Assembly: GCA_963803235.1 (NCBI GenBank)
Contig: CAWDLL010000013.1
Span: 13,722 to 77,721, forward strand
DNA length: 64,000 bases
Source of the DNA: an uncultured Actinomycetota bacterium
GTDB taxonomy: Bacteria; Actinomycetota; Actinomycetes; Propionibacteriales; Nocardioidaceae
Reading direction: 5' to 3'
Shown: piece after piece, positions 35,765 through 46,727 of the stretch
Numbering within the stretch: position 1 is the stretch's first letter
Layout of the letters: each line of letters starts with the position of its first letter
The notes under the pieces: generated by a model
What the model was told of the DNA's origin: nothing
The model's database searches: none
Seen by the model: only the letters and a program-made list of their open reading frames with translations
Made by a program: the position numbers and the translations under genes

Positions 35765-35785
35765 CTTGAGTTGTGTCGACTCAAC
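35765..35785. promoter_or_regulatory. HAIR operator upstream of lon
   Basis: CTTGAGT-TGTGTCG-ACTCAAC. Confidence 0.9.
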
Positions 35786-35864
35786 TTCGGGCGGCACAGC
35801 CGTGTTCCCGCGACGGCTCCGTGTTCGTCCAGAGCGAAATCCGGCGCCCTGGCGCGTTGGGTCG

Positions 35865-37679
35865 TCAGTCGACCGCCACGACCAGCGCAGCGAGCACCGG
35901 GTTGTCGATGTCGGCGGCCAGCATCGCGGCCGCCGCGGCGTCGCCCGGGTCGCCGAGAGCCGCCCCGTGGAGCATGGCCCGCACGGTCAGCTCGCGCATC
36001 CCGGTCCGCGACGCCCGGTCATGCATCTCCTCGACCCACTCCGGTGTCTGCCGATGACCGTGGCGGCGACCCAGGTCGCACAGGGCGTCGAGGATGTACA
36101 CGTCGAGCCACACGTAGGGATCAGCCAGTCGGGTGGACCGGGTGCGCGCGTCGGTCAGCACGGTGAACGCCTCGTCGACGTCACCCGAGGCTTCGGCGAG
36201 AAGGCCCAGCCCACGCGCGGAGATCCCCTCCCAGCACGGATCGCCGATCTGACAGGCACGCGCGAACGACTGCCCGATGCTGTCGGAAGCACCGGCCAGG
36301 TCGCCCTGGGACAGCAGCACCTGGCCCAGCAGCGCCTGCGGCCAGGGCAGGAAGGACAGCCAGTGCTCGCGCTCGGCGAGGTCCATCGCCGCGCGGAGCT
36401 GTCCGGCGGCCTCGCCGAGCTCGCCGCGCAGGAGGTGGAGACGCCCCAGCATCGACAGGCCGTAGGTCTCGCACCTCGGCTCGGCCACGTCACGGGCGAG
36501 TCGGATGGCGTCCTCGAGCAGGGCAGCTGCCCGCGGGTAGTCGGCCCGGTCGCTGGCGACGGACCCCAGGTAGGTCATCGCCTTGGCCAGCGTCGAAGGC
36601 GAGTCCGATCCCTGTGCGAGCACCTGGCCGAGCCAGCGCTCGGCCCGGTCGTAGCGGGCCCGGAGGAAGTCGACGTAGCCCAGCTCGGAGCGCGCCCGCG
36701 CAGCGCCGACGGCGTCACCGTTGGACAGCGCGATCCGCTCCGCCTCGGTCAGCGTCGCCACGCCTTCCTCGTCGAGGCCGCGGGCGCTGTGGATGAGCGC
36801 CTCGGCCAGCGCCAGCCGCGTCTCGACGCGAAGGCTCTCGGCGGCTGCCTGGTCGGCCATCCGGACGGCGGTCTCGAACGACGCGACCCCGGCACGCACG
36901 GCGCCGGCGGAGACGGCCGCCGCTCCCGCCTCGGTGATCGCGTGGATGGAGGCCGCGTCAACCGCCTCCGACGCTCGGCGTCGTTCCCGCATCGCCAGCT
37001 CGACCGCGGCTCCCGGGGAGGTGCCGAGCTCGCGTTCGGCGGTGGCCGACCAGGCGGCGTACTGGCGTTCGGCCGCGTCGTCGTCGCCGGCCAGGCGGTA
37101 GAGGCTGATCAGCAGGGCTTGGTGGTTCTCGTCGAGTGGGCTGATCACGGCCGCCCGGACGGCCAGCGCACGCGCCTGGTCGAGCTCGCCGCGGGAGCGA
37201 TGCCCCAGCGCGGCCTCGTGCAGGATCGACTCGGCCGCCGCCGACAGCCGCCTCCGCTGCGAGAGCAGCCACGACTCGAACGCTGCCGCGTTCTGGATGG
37301 TGTAGCCGTCGAGCAGGTCGGCCTCCAGCCCGGACAGCCGAACGGCGTCGCTCCAGTGGCCGTCGACGAGGACGTTCACGTCCACCGTGGCGTCGTCCGG
37401 CAGCGTGAGCCGCACCGGGTCGCCGTCGACGACAGCGCCCGGGCCGAGGCCCCTGCGGATCTCGGCCAGGCACCATCGCAGCGCACGCAGCGGGTCGTCC
37501 GCGTCTGCGAAGAGCAGTGCGGCCAGCTGGCTCCGGGTCGGTGGACGCTCGGTCAACAGCAGGAACGCCAGCACCGCCCAGCTCTTCCGGCTGCGGTACC
37601 GGTACCCGGCCGCGCCGTCGATCTCGAGGCGCGGGCGTCCGAGCAGCTGGATGAACAAGCCGGCCGACACGGGACTCAC
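35865..37679 (-). CDS. SARP/BTAD-type regulator with TPR repeats
   Basis: 'QLLG.P', 'SRKSWAVLAFLLL', 'FESWL..QRRR', 'PLDE..QALL..Y...GD', TPR-like helices; no Walker A. Confidence 0.8.
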   Translation of the reverse strand: MSPVSAGLFIQLLGRPRLEIDGAAGYRYRSRKSWAVLAFLLLTERPPTRSQLAALLFADADDPLRALRWCLAEIRRGLGPGAVVDGDPVRLTLPDDATVDVNVLVDGHWSDAVRLSGLEADLLDGYTIQNAAAFESWLLSQRRRLSAAAESILHEAALGHRSRGELDQARALAVRAAVISPLDENHQALLISLYRLAGDDDAAERQYAAWSATAERELGTSPGAAVELAMRERRRASEAVDAASIHAITEAGAAAVSAGAVRAGVASFETAVRMADQAAAESLRVETRLALAEALIHSARGLDEEGVATLTEAERIALSNGDAVGAARARSELGYVDFLRARYDRAERWLGQVLAQGSDSPSTLAKAMTYLGSVASDRADYPRAAALLEDAIRLARDVAEPRCETYGLSMLGRLHLLRGELGEAAGQLRAAMDLAEREHWLSFLPWPQALLGQVLLSQGDLAGASDSIGQSFARACQIGDPCWEGISARGLGLLAEASGDVDEAFTVLTDARTRSTRLADPYVWLDVYILDALCDLGRRHGHRQTPEWVEEMHDRASRTGMRELTVRAMLHGAALGDPGDAAAAAMLAADIDNPVLAALVVAVD

Positions 37680-37776
37680 TCCCCGTCCCGGTCGCCGCAC
37701 ACGGCCCCCACGGTCGCACAGAACCCCGCACCGCAGGCGGAGCTCGCGACGACGATGGGGGCCGCGCCGATCGCCC

Positions 37777-38111
37777 TCACCCCGCCAGAGCGACGTCGGG
37801 GCGACCGAGGATCCGGTCGAGGAACCACGAGCGGTCGCAGGGGCCGAGACGCAGGACGACACCGTGTACGACGCCGAACGCGCGCAGCCGCGCGATCTCC
37901 GAGCCGCTCCAGTCGACCAGCGCAGCTGCTGCACCCGGGCACACCTCCCCGGCGGCGGCCGACATCGCCTCCAGGATCCGCGACTCCGTCACGGTCCCGT
38001 TCTCGACGATCCGCGCGGCGGTGCGGCCGAGGAGGCTGCCGAGCTCGACGAGTGTCTGTCGCCGCCGGGGTGCGAGCTCGGTGCCCGCGCCAAGGCCGCC
38101 GGGCGGGTCAC
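37777..38111 (-). CDS. Hypothetical protein (probable 5' frameshift)
   Basis: Coding-like frame 'AAAALVDWSGSEIARLRAFGVVHGVVL' between the DUF4242 and BTAD genes. Confidence 0.45.
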
Positions 38112-38359
38112 GAGCCCTCCGCCACGGCGTAGATCTCGTCGGCCACGAGGCCGTGCGCCTTGCGGTGCACGGCGTGGGCCGTCTCGGCGTCGGGTGCCTC
38201 GACCAGGCAGAAGATCTTGCCGGCGGCCTCGTCCACCCAGTAGCGCAGGTACTGCACGCCGTACGAGTCCTGCGTCGCGACGTCGGCCGCGTGCGCCGTG
38301 GCGACGTCGTCCTGCGACACCCCGCCCGCGATCGTGTGTGCGTCCATGAACAGTGCCAT
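38108..38359 (-). CDS. DUF4242 (SCO4226-like nickel-binding) protein
   Basis: 'FMD.H', 'AH.AD...Q..YGV.YLRYWVDE..GKIFCL.EAP', 'VH..AHGL.ADEI'. Confidence 0.9.
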   Translation of the reverse strand: MALFMDAHTIAGGVSQDDVATAHAADVATQDSYGVQYLRYWVDEAAGKIFCLVEAPDAETAHAVHRKAHGLVADEIYAVAEGS

Positions 38360-38483
38360 GAGAGTTTCCCTTCGATGTGTGGCTCGACGCTGTTCGTCGA
38401 GCTCGACGCATCCATGGGACCGGGGCGGCGTGTGACGGGCGGTGTGACAGATCGGCTGAGCCGCATCTCTTTTTCTGTGGGCG

Positions 38484-38750
38484 TCAGTCGACGACCTCGC
38501 CGGGTCGCGGGCTCCGACGCGGCCAGCGGCGCCGACGTGCCGCGGCGGGTGCTCGACAAGGCCGCTCACAGACGACGCAGTCGGGACGTCCACACCCCGT
38601 CGGTTCACCACCGGCGATGAGCTCCAGGGCTTCGTCGACGTACTGGTCCGCGAGCTTCCAGACGAGATCGAGGCGGCCCTCACCCACCGCGGCGTTGACC
38701 TCCCACGCGTAGCTGTCGTGCAGCTCCCGAAGCTGTTGCCTCTCACCCAT
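38484..38750 (-). CDS. Small hypothetical protein with a C-terminal Cys cluster
   Basis: 'LHDSYAWEVNAAVGEGRLDLV..LADQY', 'CGRPDCVVC'. Confidence 0.6.
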   Translation of the reverse strand: MGERQQLRELHDSYAWEVNAAVGEGRLDLVWKLADQYVDEALELIAGGEPTGCGRPDCVVCERPCRAPAAARRRRWPRRSPRPGEVVD

Positions 38751-38827
38751 CCGCCTGCCTCCACCGGTGCGAGCCCGCCGCCGGCGGCGGTCGAGTCGCC
38801 TCTCCAGTGTGCGCCTCGGCCGGGCAC

Positions 38828-40120
38828 CTAGTCGACGACCTCACCGTGCCGGCACGGACCTCGCGCTCGGCCTGGGCGTAGGGGTCGGTGCGCTCGTCGT
38901 AGCCCCAGAAGTCGCGCAGGCACAGCGCGGTGAGGGTCACGCCGGCGACGCAGGCGAAGCCGCCGCTGACGATGGCGCCGCGGACGCTCCAGAGGTCGGC
39001 GGTGACGCCGGCCCGGACCTGGCCGCCGAGCGGGCCGACCGAGTAGGACAGCATCTCGATGCCGGCCAGCCGGCCGCGCATGTTCTCGGGAATGGTCTGG
39101 TTCCAGACCGTGCCGCGGAAGACACCGGAGATCATGTCGGCCGCGCCGCTGAGCATGAAGAACACCAGCATCAGCCACACGCTCGGCATCAGGCCGGCAA
39201 TCCCCACGAAGCCGCCGTACGCCGCGGCCGCGATCACGATCGCCCGGCCGTGGTGGTGGATCCGGCCGGTCCAGCCGCTGAGTGCCGTCGCCAGCAAGCG
39301 CGCCGACGGTCTCGGCGGAGTAGAGCAGTCCGAGGACCTCCGGTTTGTCGAAGACCTCCTCGGCCAGCGCGGGGAAGAGCACGACCGGCATCGCGAGGAA
39401 CATCGCGGCGATGTCGACCAGGTAGGTGCCGAGCAGGTCGCGCCGCTTGAGGGCGTACCGGACACCTTCGCCGATCCCGGCCAGGCTCGGCGGCGTGGTC
39501 TCGGCCCGGTGGGGATAGGGGCGCATCGCGACGAAGAGCAGCGTGGCGATCGCCAGCCCGCAGATGTCGACCACGAAGCACCAGCCGATGCCGATGAACG
39601 CGATCAGCAGGCCACCGAGCGCGGGGCCGACCAGGACGCCGATCTGCATGCCGAGGCTGGTCAGCGAGTTGGCGGCGACGATCTGGTCGTGCTGCACCGT
39701 CCGCGGCATCAGCGCCTCGCGCGACGGCCGCTGCATCGACGAGGACGCGGCCAGGAAGCCGGAGACCACGAAGATGAGCGGCACGTTCGGGTCGTCGAGG
39801 AAGGCGTTCACGCACAGCACGGCGGTGAAGAACGCCTGGGCGATGCCCGTCCAGATCAGCAGCTTGCGTCGGTCGACGTGGTCGGCGAGCGCGCCGCCGT
39901 ACAGGCCGAAGACCATCAGCGGCACCAGCTCGACCAGGCCGATCGCGCCGACCGCGAAGTTGGAGCCGGTCAGTGTGTAGACCTGGTACGGGATGGCGAC
40001 GTAGCTGACCATCGCGCCGAAGTAGAAGACCGTCCCGGCGAGGAACAGCAGCCGGAAGTCGCGCGAGCGCAGCGGCGTGGTGTCCATCCGCATCGCGCGC
40101 AGCCGGTCTCGCCAGTTCAC
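38828..40120 (-). CDS. MFS transporter (EntS-like; frameshift near 39295)
   Basis: 'D.TPLRSRDFRLLF', 'GGALAD.VDRRK', 'LVDIAAMFLAMP', 'MRGRL.G'. Confidence 0.88.
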   Translation of the reverse strand: MNWRDRLRAMRMDTTPLRSRDFRLLFLAGTVFYFGAMVSYVAIPYQVYTLTGSNFAVGAIGLVELVPLMVFGLYGGALADHVDRRKLLIWTGIAQAFFTAVLCVNAFLDDPNVPLIFVVSGFLAASSSMQRPSREALMPRTVQHDQIVAANSLTSLGMQIGVLVGPALGGLLIAFIGIGWCFVVDICGLAIATLLFVAMRPYPHRAETTPPSLAGIGEGVRYALKRRDLLGTYLVDIAAMFLAMPVVLFPALAEEVFDKPEVLGLLYSAETVGALAGDGTQRLDRPDPPPRPGDRDRGRGVRRLRGDCRPDAERVADAGVLHAQRRGRHDLRCLPRHGLEPDHSREHARPAGRHRDAVLLGRPARRPGPGRRHRRPLERPRRHRQRRLRLRRRRDPHRAVPARLLGLRRAHRPLRPGRARGPCRHGEVVD

Positions 40121-40165
40121 AAGACGCAGATCCTGACACCACACGCTGGGTCAGCGCACGGGAAG

Positions 40166-42338
40166 TTAGCCGCCCCTGACGACCCGGAGCCAAGCCCGAC
40201 CGTCGTCGACGTACTCCGCCACGAACGACCGGTTGCCGAAGCTGGTCCACACGAGGCCGGTGAACTTCGAAGCCGATCCGGCTGACCGGCCTTGACGACG
40301 AGGAACGTCCTGCCGACGGGGGCCGGTGGTCGGCGACCCGGCGGATCTCGAGGGTGCCGCGCAGCTGTCGGCGTCCCTGCGCGGTGAGCATGCCCCGGCC
40401 GTTGGGCCGCACGCTGGTCACGAGGGTCGCGGCAGCTCCCTGCCGATAGTCCCCACCGACCGACGAAGCGAGACCCGGCCGAGAGCAGGACGTGTCCGAC
40501 GTTGGCGAAGTCACCGTCCGTGGCGAGATCGGCGCCCTTGCGCAGGTCCAGCGAGCCGGGGACGGTGACCTGCTCCAGTCCGTCGAACGCGGTCGCCGAA
40601 CGAGGCATTCGGTCCGCCGAGCACCAGGTCGGCCCGGTTGTCCCGCACGGCCGGGAGGTCGAGCGTCGGCGCCGTCGGCGGCGACGTATGGCCGCCCTCG
40701 AGGATGCCGTCGTGGAACGGGCCCGGTGCCGAGGTCGGTGGCGTCGAAGCGTGCCGGACTCGGCCCGCAGCGTCCCGAGGACCTGCGCGCCGCTCACGGA
40801 CGCCGCGCCACCGGCACCCGGGTCCGCCCGGAGCACGCCGTCGACGACGATCTCGCCCTCACCGGAGATGGAGCCGCCGTCGCCCAGCGTCGCGTCGGTG
40901 ACGTGCACCGAACCATCGGCCCAGGTCTCCACCAGGCTGGTCAGCGGTCCGTCGACCTGGGTCCCGTCCAGCTCCAGCGGGCCGAAGGCCTTGATGTCGC
41001 CGGCCAGGCTCGAACCGTCCCCCAGGGTGCCGCCGGGCAGGAAGATCCGACCCCCACCGTGGGCCACGAAGGCCCCGGTCGACGGCTGGGCGGTCGGAGG
41101 CAGCCCGCCCATCACGAAGAGAGCGGCGCCGTCGGCCTCGACCGTGCCGTGGTTGATCAACGCACTGTCGAGCTCCGACCCATCGCCCGTGGCCACGACG
41201 CGCCCACCGGGCTCGACCCACTCCGTCCCGAAGTCGTCCGGAAGCGGGTCATTGCTCCCGGCATCGGTGATGCGGTGCACGCCCGAGACGTGCACTGTGG
41301 CGGCGTCCTCCAGGACCAGCGCCGAGTTCTCGGGCTGGATGAGCTCACCCTCGACGTCCATCCGCACGGTGTCGGACAGGGTCGCCTGCGCCGACGCTCG
41401 CGGTCTCTTCCTCGGGAACGACAAGGTGAACCGAGCCCTCGACGGGGCCGTCCACCACGGAGTTCTCGTAGAGGTCCACCGACCCCGCACCGGCGAGAGC
41501 GGGGACGTTGTCATCCACCGAGCTGATGGTCGTGTCGGCGACGAAGATGTCGGCGTCCGTCGGCGAGCCTGGTGGAGGTCAGGCTCGCATACCCGACACC
41601 GGCACCGTCCCCGAAGTTCACTCCGTCGAGCCACAGTTGCCCGTCCGAATCGCCCGGGCCAAGGAAGATGCCCGTCGAGAGCCCGTCCGCCGCCAGACCG
41701 GTGCCGGTGCCCAGCACGACGAGCTCGCCGGCGAGGACCGAGATGGCGCCGTCGTTGCGGAGCGGCCCCCGGATGCGAGCGGACACGGACTCGTCCAGGA
41801 CGTGAAGGTTGGCGTGCTCGGCGATCTCGAGCAGCCCCGGTCCGTCTGGGCCGTCGAGGGTCTCGACATCACCGCTGAGGACCGACTCGGAGCCCTGGGA
41901 GCTGTCGCCCTGGAGCGTGAGGGTCGCGCCTCCGGTCACCGTGATCTCGCCGTCCAGCGTCGCTGCGTCGGTGCTCACGACCTGGCCACCACCGGTGAAC
42001 GTGCCGCCGGTCGTGGTGAGCGTGCCCACCGTCAGCGTGCCGGCAACGCTGACCAGGCCTGGCAGGACCAGCTCGGCCACTTCGGCGGTCAGACCCTCGG
42101 CCACGTGCGGAGCGGTGGCCGGGTCGGTGTCCTGGATGCAGACGATGCTGGTCTCGGTCGGGACGCCGGCCGACCAGTTCGTGGGCTCGTTCCACGAGTT
42201 GCTGCCGCCGCCCGTCGGGCCGACCCAGGTGGTGGTCGCCTCGGCGCAGGTCGACGCCGCGTGGGCCGGAGCCGCGGTGAGCGGCACCAGCGCGCTGGCG
42301 GCAAGCAGAAGTGTCGTGGCAGAGATGGTCGTGCGCAT
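40166..42338 (-). CDS. Large secreted Gly/Thr-rich beta-repeat protein (multiple frameshifts)
   Basis: Signal peptide 'APAHA'; 'TWVG....SWN.P.NWS.GVP' motif; repeated 'N.GT...G' segments across frames. Confidence 0.6.
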
Positions 42339-42421
42339 GTCCCCGAGTCCCCCGTGGTTCGTGTCGGCGGCGACATTGTGCCAAGTCAGGGTCGTCCTGA
42401 CCTCGGAATCGGGTGTGATCT

Positions 42422-43804
42422 TCAGCCGGTGCGGGTCACCCGGATCCTGGCGCCGCCCTTCGGGACGCTGGTGATGTTGCGGACCTTGGGCTCGTCGTCG
42501 CCGACCGCCGTCACGTCGTACGCCGTGAACACCTCGCGCAGCACGGCCACGCCCTCCATCAGCGAGAACCCCGCGCCGATGCAGCGGCGCACGCCGCCGC
42601 CGAACGGGATCCAGGTGTTGGTGGGCGGGTTGTGGCCGAGGAACCGCTCGGGCCGGAACACCTCGGGGTCGGGGTGGTTCTCCTCGCGGGAGTGCGCGAT
42701 CAGGATGGACGGGCCGATCGTGGCGCCGGCCGGGAGGTCGATGCCGCCGACCGTGGCCGGCTTCATCAGGGTGCGCACGACCATCGGGATCACCGGGTGC
42801 AGCCGCATCGACTCCTTGACCACGGCCTCCAGCCAGGCGGTGTCGCCCTCGGCCGCGGCGGCCCGCGCGCGACGCCGCTGCTCCGGGTCGCGGCCGACCT
42901 CGTAGAGCGCCCAGGACAGGGCGGTCGCGGTGGTCTCGTGGCCGGCGAGCAGCAGCGTGACCAGCTGGTCGCGGAGCTCCTGGTCGGTCAACGCGTCGTC
43001 GCCCTCGGACACCAGGATCAGCCGGGAGAGCACGTCGGTCCGCTCGGCCAGGTCGGGCGCCTCGCGGCGCTCCGCGATCTCGGCGTACATCAGCCGGTCG
43101 AGCTCGTGCTGGTTCTGGATGGTCCGCTTCCACGGGTTGAACCGCTGCAGCCACGGCCAGCCCCAGCCGAGCAGCACGGCGGGGCTGACGTCGACGGTGC
43201 GGTTCACGCGCGGGCGGAGCTCGGCGAGGCGGTGCTCGTCGGTGACGCCGAAGACCACGCGCAGGATCACCTCGAGGGTGAGCGCGTTCATCCGGTCCAG
43301 CGACCGGAAGTCCTGGCCGGGCCTCCACGATCCGACCTCGCGCTTGGCGACGTCGGTCACCAGCGACTCGTAGTCGCGCAGGGCGTGGCCGTTGAAGGCC
43401 GGCATCAGCAGCTTGCGGGCGCGCTTGTGCTCGGAGGAGTCCTGGAGCAGCAGGGAGTGCTCGCCCATGATCGGGCCGAGGATCGCGTTGCCCTTGCCCG
43501 CGTGGAAGATCTCCGGGTCGCCGGCGAAGATCTCCTTGGCGTGCTCGGGCCGGGTGAACAGCACCAGCGGCCGGCCGGCGGGGATCAGCCGCACGGTGAA
43601 GACGTCGCCGTACTTCCGGTGCGCCCAGGGCACGAACCGGTGCCGGAAGCGGAGCAGGCCGGCGCTCTGGAAGAAGACCGGCCAGCGCGGGCCGGGCGGC
43701 AGGCCGGTGGTGTCCACGGGCGGCGGCGTGGCGCCCCCGAACGGGCGCATCCGCTCGAAGCGCTCCTGGGTCAGCCTGGTGACGCGGTCGTCCATCGTGG
43801 TCAT
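42422..43804 (-). CDS. Cytochrome P450
   Basis: 'LLAGHETTA', 'ESMR', 'PERF', heme motif 'PFGGGVRRCIG'. Confidence 0.97.
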   Translation of the reverse strand: MTTMDDRVTRLTQERFERMRPFGGATPPPVDTTGLPPGPRWPVFFQSAGLLRFRHRFVPWAHRKYGDVFTVRLIPAGRPLVLFTRPEHAKEIFAGDPEIFHAGKGNAILGPIMGEHSLLLQDSSEHKRARKLLMPAFNGHALRDYESLVTDVAKREVGSWRPGQDFRSLDRMNALTLEVILRVVFGVTDEHRLAELRPRVNRTVDVSPAVLLGWGWPWLQRFNPWKRTIQNQHELDRLMYAEIAERREAPDLAERTDVLSRLILVSEGDDALTDQELRDQLVTLLLAGHETTATALSWALYEVGRDPEQRRRARAAAAEGDTAWLEAVVKESMRLHPVIPMVVRTLMKPATVGGIDLPAGATIGPSILIAHSREENHPDPEVFRPERFLGHNPPTNTWIPFGGGVRRCIGAGFSLMEGVAVLREVFTAYDVTAVGDDEPKVRNITSVPKGGARIRVTRTG

Positions 43805-43856
43805 GGCTGCCCTCTCCGGTGGCGGTCGGCCCGAGGGATTCCATACTACGAGTACG

Positions 43857-44669
43857 TCAACCCCCGGTCGGCTCGTCGACCGGGGCCAGCCCCAGCGCCT
43901 CGAACCGGGCGAGCGACCTGGCGTCGGCCAGCTCGCGGCGCAGGTCTGCGTGCTCGAGGTAGAAGCGCAGCAGGTCCAGGGCGGCGTACGGGTCGACCGC
44001 CAGCTGGGTCGGGTTGACGGACACGGCGGCCCCCGACTGCCGCTCGAGCGTGAGCCAGTTGTCGACCCTGTCGTCCGGGGTCAGGAACGAGCCTCGGAAC
44101 CGGGTACGGCGCCAGTGGTCGCGCACCACGAGCACCTCCGACCACGGCACCGCGAGCGGTGGACGCCGCTGGGTGAGGACGACGGCGTCAGGAGTCAGCA
44201 CCAGGCCCCGGCGGGGGTACTCCCGAGCCTTGGCGGCCGACCGGGCGGCAATCAGCAGGAACGTGCCGCAGGCGAGGGCCGCCACCGCCCAGCCGGCCTG
44301 CCGGACCGGCCCCGCGGTCAGGGCCTCGACGAGCGCCCCGGCTCCAGCGCAGGCGAAGGTTCCGCCGACCACCACCAGCGAGAAGAGATTGACCGTCCGG
44401 ATCGGGTGGAACGGCAGCAGCACACAGGCGTGGATGAGGATCGGGTCCCGTCGCTCGCGCCCACCGGGGAGCGCCAGACCGACGAAGGCCATCCCGATCA
44501 CCACCAGGAACACCGCCGCCAGCCAGGCACTGCCGGCGATGGCGACCCCACCGCCGGCGAGACCGAGCCCGAACAGACCGACCAGCGCCTGGGCGACCCG
44601 GCCGCGGACGGGGTCGAGGTGCCAGCCTTCGCCCTCGCGGTTGAGGAACAGTCGGGTGCGCGCGGCCAT
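43857..44669 (-). CDS. Hypothetical membrane protein
   Basis: 4 TM segments then 'GL.LTP...VPW.EV'. Confidence 0.6.
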   Translation of the reverse strand: MAARTRLFLNREGEGWHLDPVRGRVAQALVGLFGLGLAGGGVAIAGSAWLAAVFLVVIGMAFVGLALPGGRERRDPILIHACVLLPFHPIRTVNLFSLVVVGGTFACAGAGALVEALTAGPVRQAGWAVAALACGTFLLIAARSAAKAREYPRRGLVLTPDAVVLTQRRPPLAVPWSEVLVVRDHWRRTRFRGSFLTPDDRVDNWLTLERQSGAAVSVNPTQLAVDPYAALDLLRFYLEHADLRRELADARSLARFEALGLAPVDEPTGG

Positions 44670-44678
44670 GGCGGTGTC

Positions 44679-45600
44679 CTACCCGCCGGGCTCGGCCTCC
44701 ACACGCCGGATCGACACGATGTCGTGCACCGGGATCGGGTTCTCGCGGGTGGCCTGGCAGGTCAGCCGGGTCTGCTCCCCCGGGGTGGTGCGCACCCGCA
44801 CCCGCCAGGTCGCACCGGCCACGTCGAAGTCGGCCTCGGTGGTCGTCGCCGTCCCGCTGTCGACGGGTCAGGCGGAGCGCGGCGTCCCGGGTCTCTCCGA
44901 GCTCGCGACGCAGGGCGATCTCGGCCGCCTGCACCGGCATGGCGAACCCGGACCGGCCGCGCAGGTGGTCGAGGTCGAGGTGTCCGGCCTCGTGGTCACC
45001 CGCGACCGAGAGGGCCGACGGCGCGTCGAGGCGGCCGTAGTAGAAGCCGTGCGGCAGCACCAGCAGGTTGCCGGCGAACCGGTCCCCTCCGATGTGCGAG
45101 ACCTCCCAGGTGTCCTCCGGATGGGCGGCCGACAGGGCGGCAGCCACCGGGCGGCCGCGCTCGGCGCAGCAGGCGTCGTGCCGGCCGTGGGTGCACACGC
45201 AGTAGACGTTGCCGGGGTCGCGCTCCAGCCCGGCGCTCGTTCCGGCCGCGAGGCCGGCGAAGTCGACGTCGAGCACGTCGTCCTTCTCGTACAGCTCGCC
45301 GCGCTCGAGCCAGGGCCGGTGCGGATGCGCGTACGCCGCGAACACGGTGATGTGGTGCCGCACCGGCCGCCGGCCGGGGCGACGCATGAGCAGCACCCGC
45401 ACGCCGGAGTCCGCAGCCTTGCGGCGCAGTCTCGGCCCGAGGTCGTGGGGCAGTCGCGCGTCGCGGAGCGCGTTCACGCCCCACGACCCGGCGTGCTCGA
45501 TCAGCAGGAACGCGCGCACCTGCGAGGCGGTGCCGCCGACCGGCTCGTCGCGCAGCAGGCTGGCTCCGGCGCACCGGAAGCCGGGGTCGGGGAGGATCAT
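44679..45600 (-). CDS. Sucrase-ferredoxin (thioredoxin-like [2Fe-2S]) family protein (frameshift near 44850)
   Basis: 'LLIEH.G.WG..A', 'VCTHGRHDACCAERGRP', 'WEVSHIGGDRFA.N.LVLPHG.YYGRL', C-terminal Cys. Confidence 0.88.
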
Positions 45601-46727
45601 CCGGCGACCTCGAGCAGCCCCTCCCGGGTCAGCCGGCGGCAGAGCACCAGCCGGCTCTGCGGATCGAGGTGGTCGGCCAGGTCGGCCGGCCGCAGCTCGG
45701 CCCGGGCGCGGATCTCGTCGAGCGCCGGCCGGAGCCAGGCGGGTACGTCGATGGCGCGGTCGCCGAGCAGCACCTCGACCCGGTCGCCGCGGTCGAGCAG
45801 CACGCAGGGGTGGCCGGGCCGGCGGCGCAGGAGGGTGGTGTCGGTCAGGTCGCGGACCGCGAGCACGTCCTTCAGCCCGCCGGGCACGCGCGGGCTGCGG
45901 GTGGTCAGGAAGCGGCGCACCTCGGCGCGCACCGCGGCGCCGGCGTCGACACGGCGTACCTCTTCGGCGAGGGCCTCGAGCCGGCCGGCGAGCTCGTCCG
46001 CCAGGTCGTCGGGAGCGTCGAGGTAGCCGCCCGGCAGGTGGTCGTCGGGCATCTCCGCCAGCACCTGCGTGACGCTGCGCTCGACCAGGCCGCGCCAGGT
46101 CAGCTGGTTGATGCCGAGCGTGACGTGCAGGGAGACCGTCTCCTGGGCGCGGGCGGCGTGCGGGGTGCCGGTCGGGAGGTACATCGAGAGGCCGGGCTCG
46201 AGCAGCACGTCCTCGACGCCGTCGGGGGTGTGCACCTCCCACTGCTTGGAGCCCTCGGTCTGGAACACGAAGACGTCGTGGGAGTCGGAGTGCACGGCGA
46301 AGCCCTGGGCACCGGGCGGCGTGAGGTAGGCGTTCGCCTGGCAGGGGTGGCCGAGCTCGAGCTCGAGCTCCGCGACCAGCCGGGTCAGCGGCGGCCAGTA
46401 GCGGTGCAGGCCCTGGAGGACGACCGTCGCGCCCTCGCCGAACGCCGCCAGCGCCTTGCGCGGGTCGACCAGTCCGGTGAGCTGCTTGCCGGCGAGCGTC
46501 GCGCCCCGGGTGTACGTCGACTCCCCCAGCACAGCGCCGTCGCGCGCCAGCCGCACCGACGGCGTCCGGATCGCCGTGGACGTCAGCAGGTGGTCGGCGT
46601 CGTCGAGGGAGAGCAGGCCGGCCAGTCGTTCGGGGTCGGTGCGGTGCAGGTGCACGCGGGATGCCCAGACCTTGGTGAGGAAGGTCTGGGCATCACCGCT
46701 GAGCAGGTCGAGTGCCGAGTCAGACAC
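45597..46727 (-). CDS. JmjC/cupin_4 2OG-Fe(II) oxygenase (YcfD/NO66-like)
   Basis: 'NAYLTPP..QGF..HSD.HDVF..Q..G.K.W', 'LEPG..MYLP.G.PH.A', C-terminal winged-helix-like 'RRL.REGLL'. Confidence 0.9.
   Translation of the reverse strand: MSDSALDLLSGDAQTFLTKVWASRVHLHRTDPERLAGLLSLDDADHLLTSTAIRTPSVRLARDGAVLGESTYTRGATLAGKQLTGLVDPRKALAAFGEGATVVLQGLHRYWPPLTRLVAELELELGHPCQANAYLTPPGAQGFAVHSDSHDVFVFQTEGSKQWEVHTPDGVEDVLLEPGLSMYLPTGTPHAARAQETVSLHVTLGINQLTWRGLVERSVTQVLAEMPDDHLPGGYLDAPDDLADELAGRLEALAEEVRRVDAGAAVRAEVRRFLTTRSPRVPGGLKDVLAVRDLTDTTLLRRRPGHPCVLLDRGDRVEVLLGDRAIDVPAWLRPALDEIRARAELRPADLADHLDPQSRLVLCRRLTREGLLEVAG

Noticed and set aside
41511-43844. 777-aa ORF joining the P450 region to the secreted protein
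   Set aside because: The N-terminal part is an off-frame reading of the P450; the real protein starts at the signal peptide at 42338
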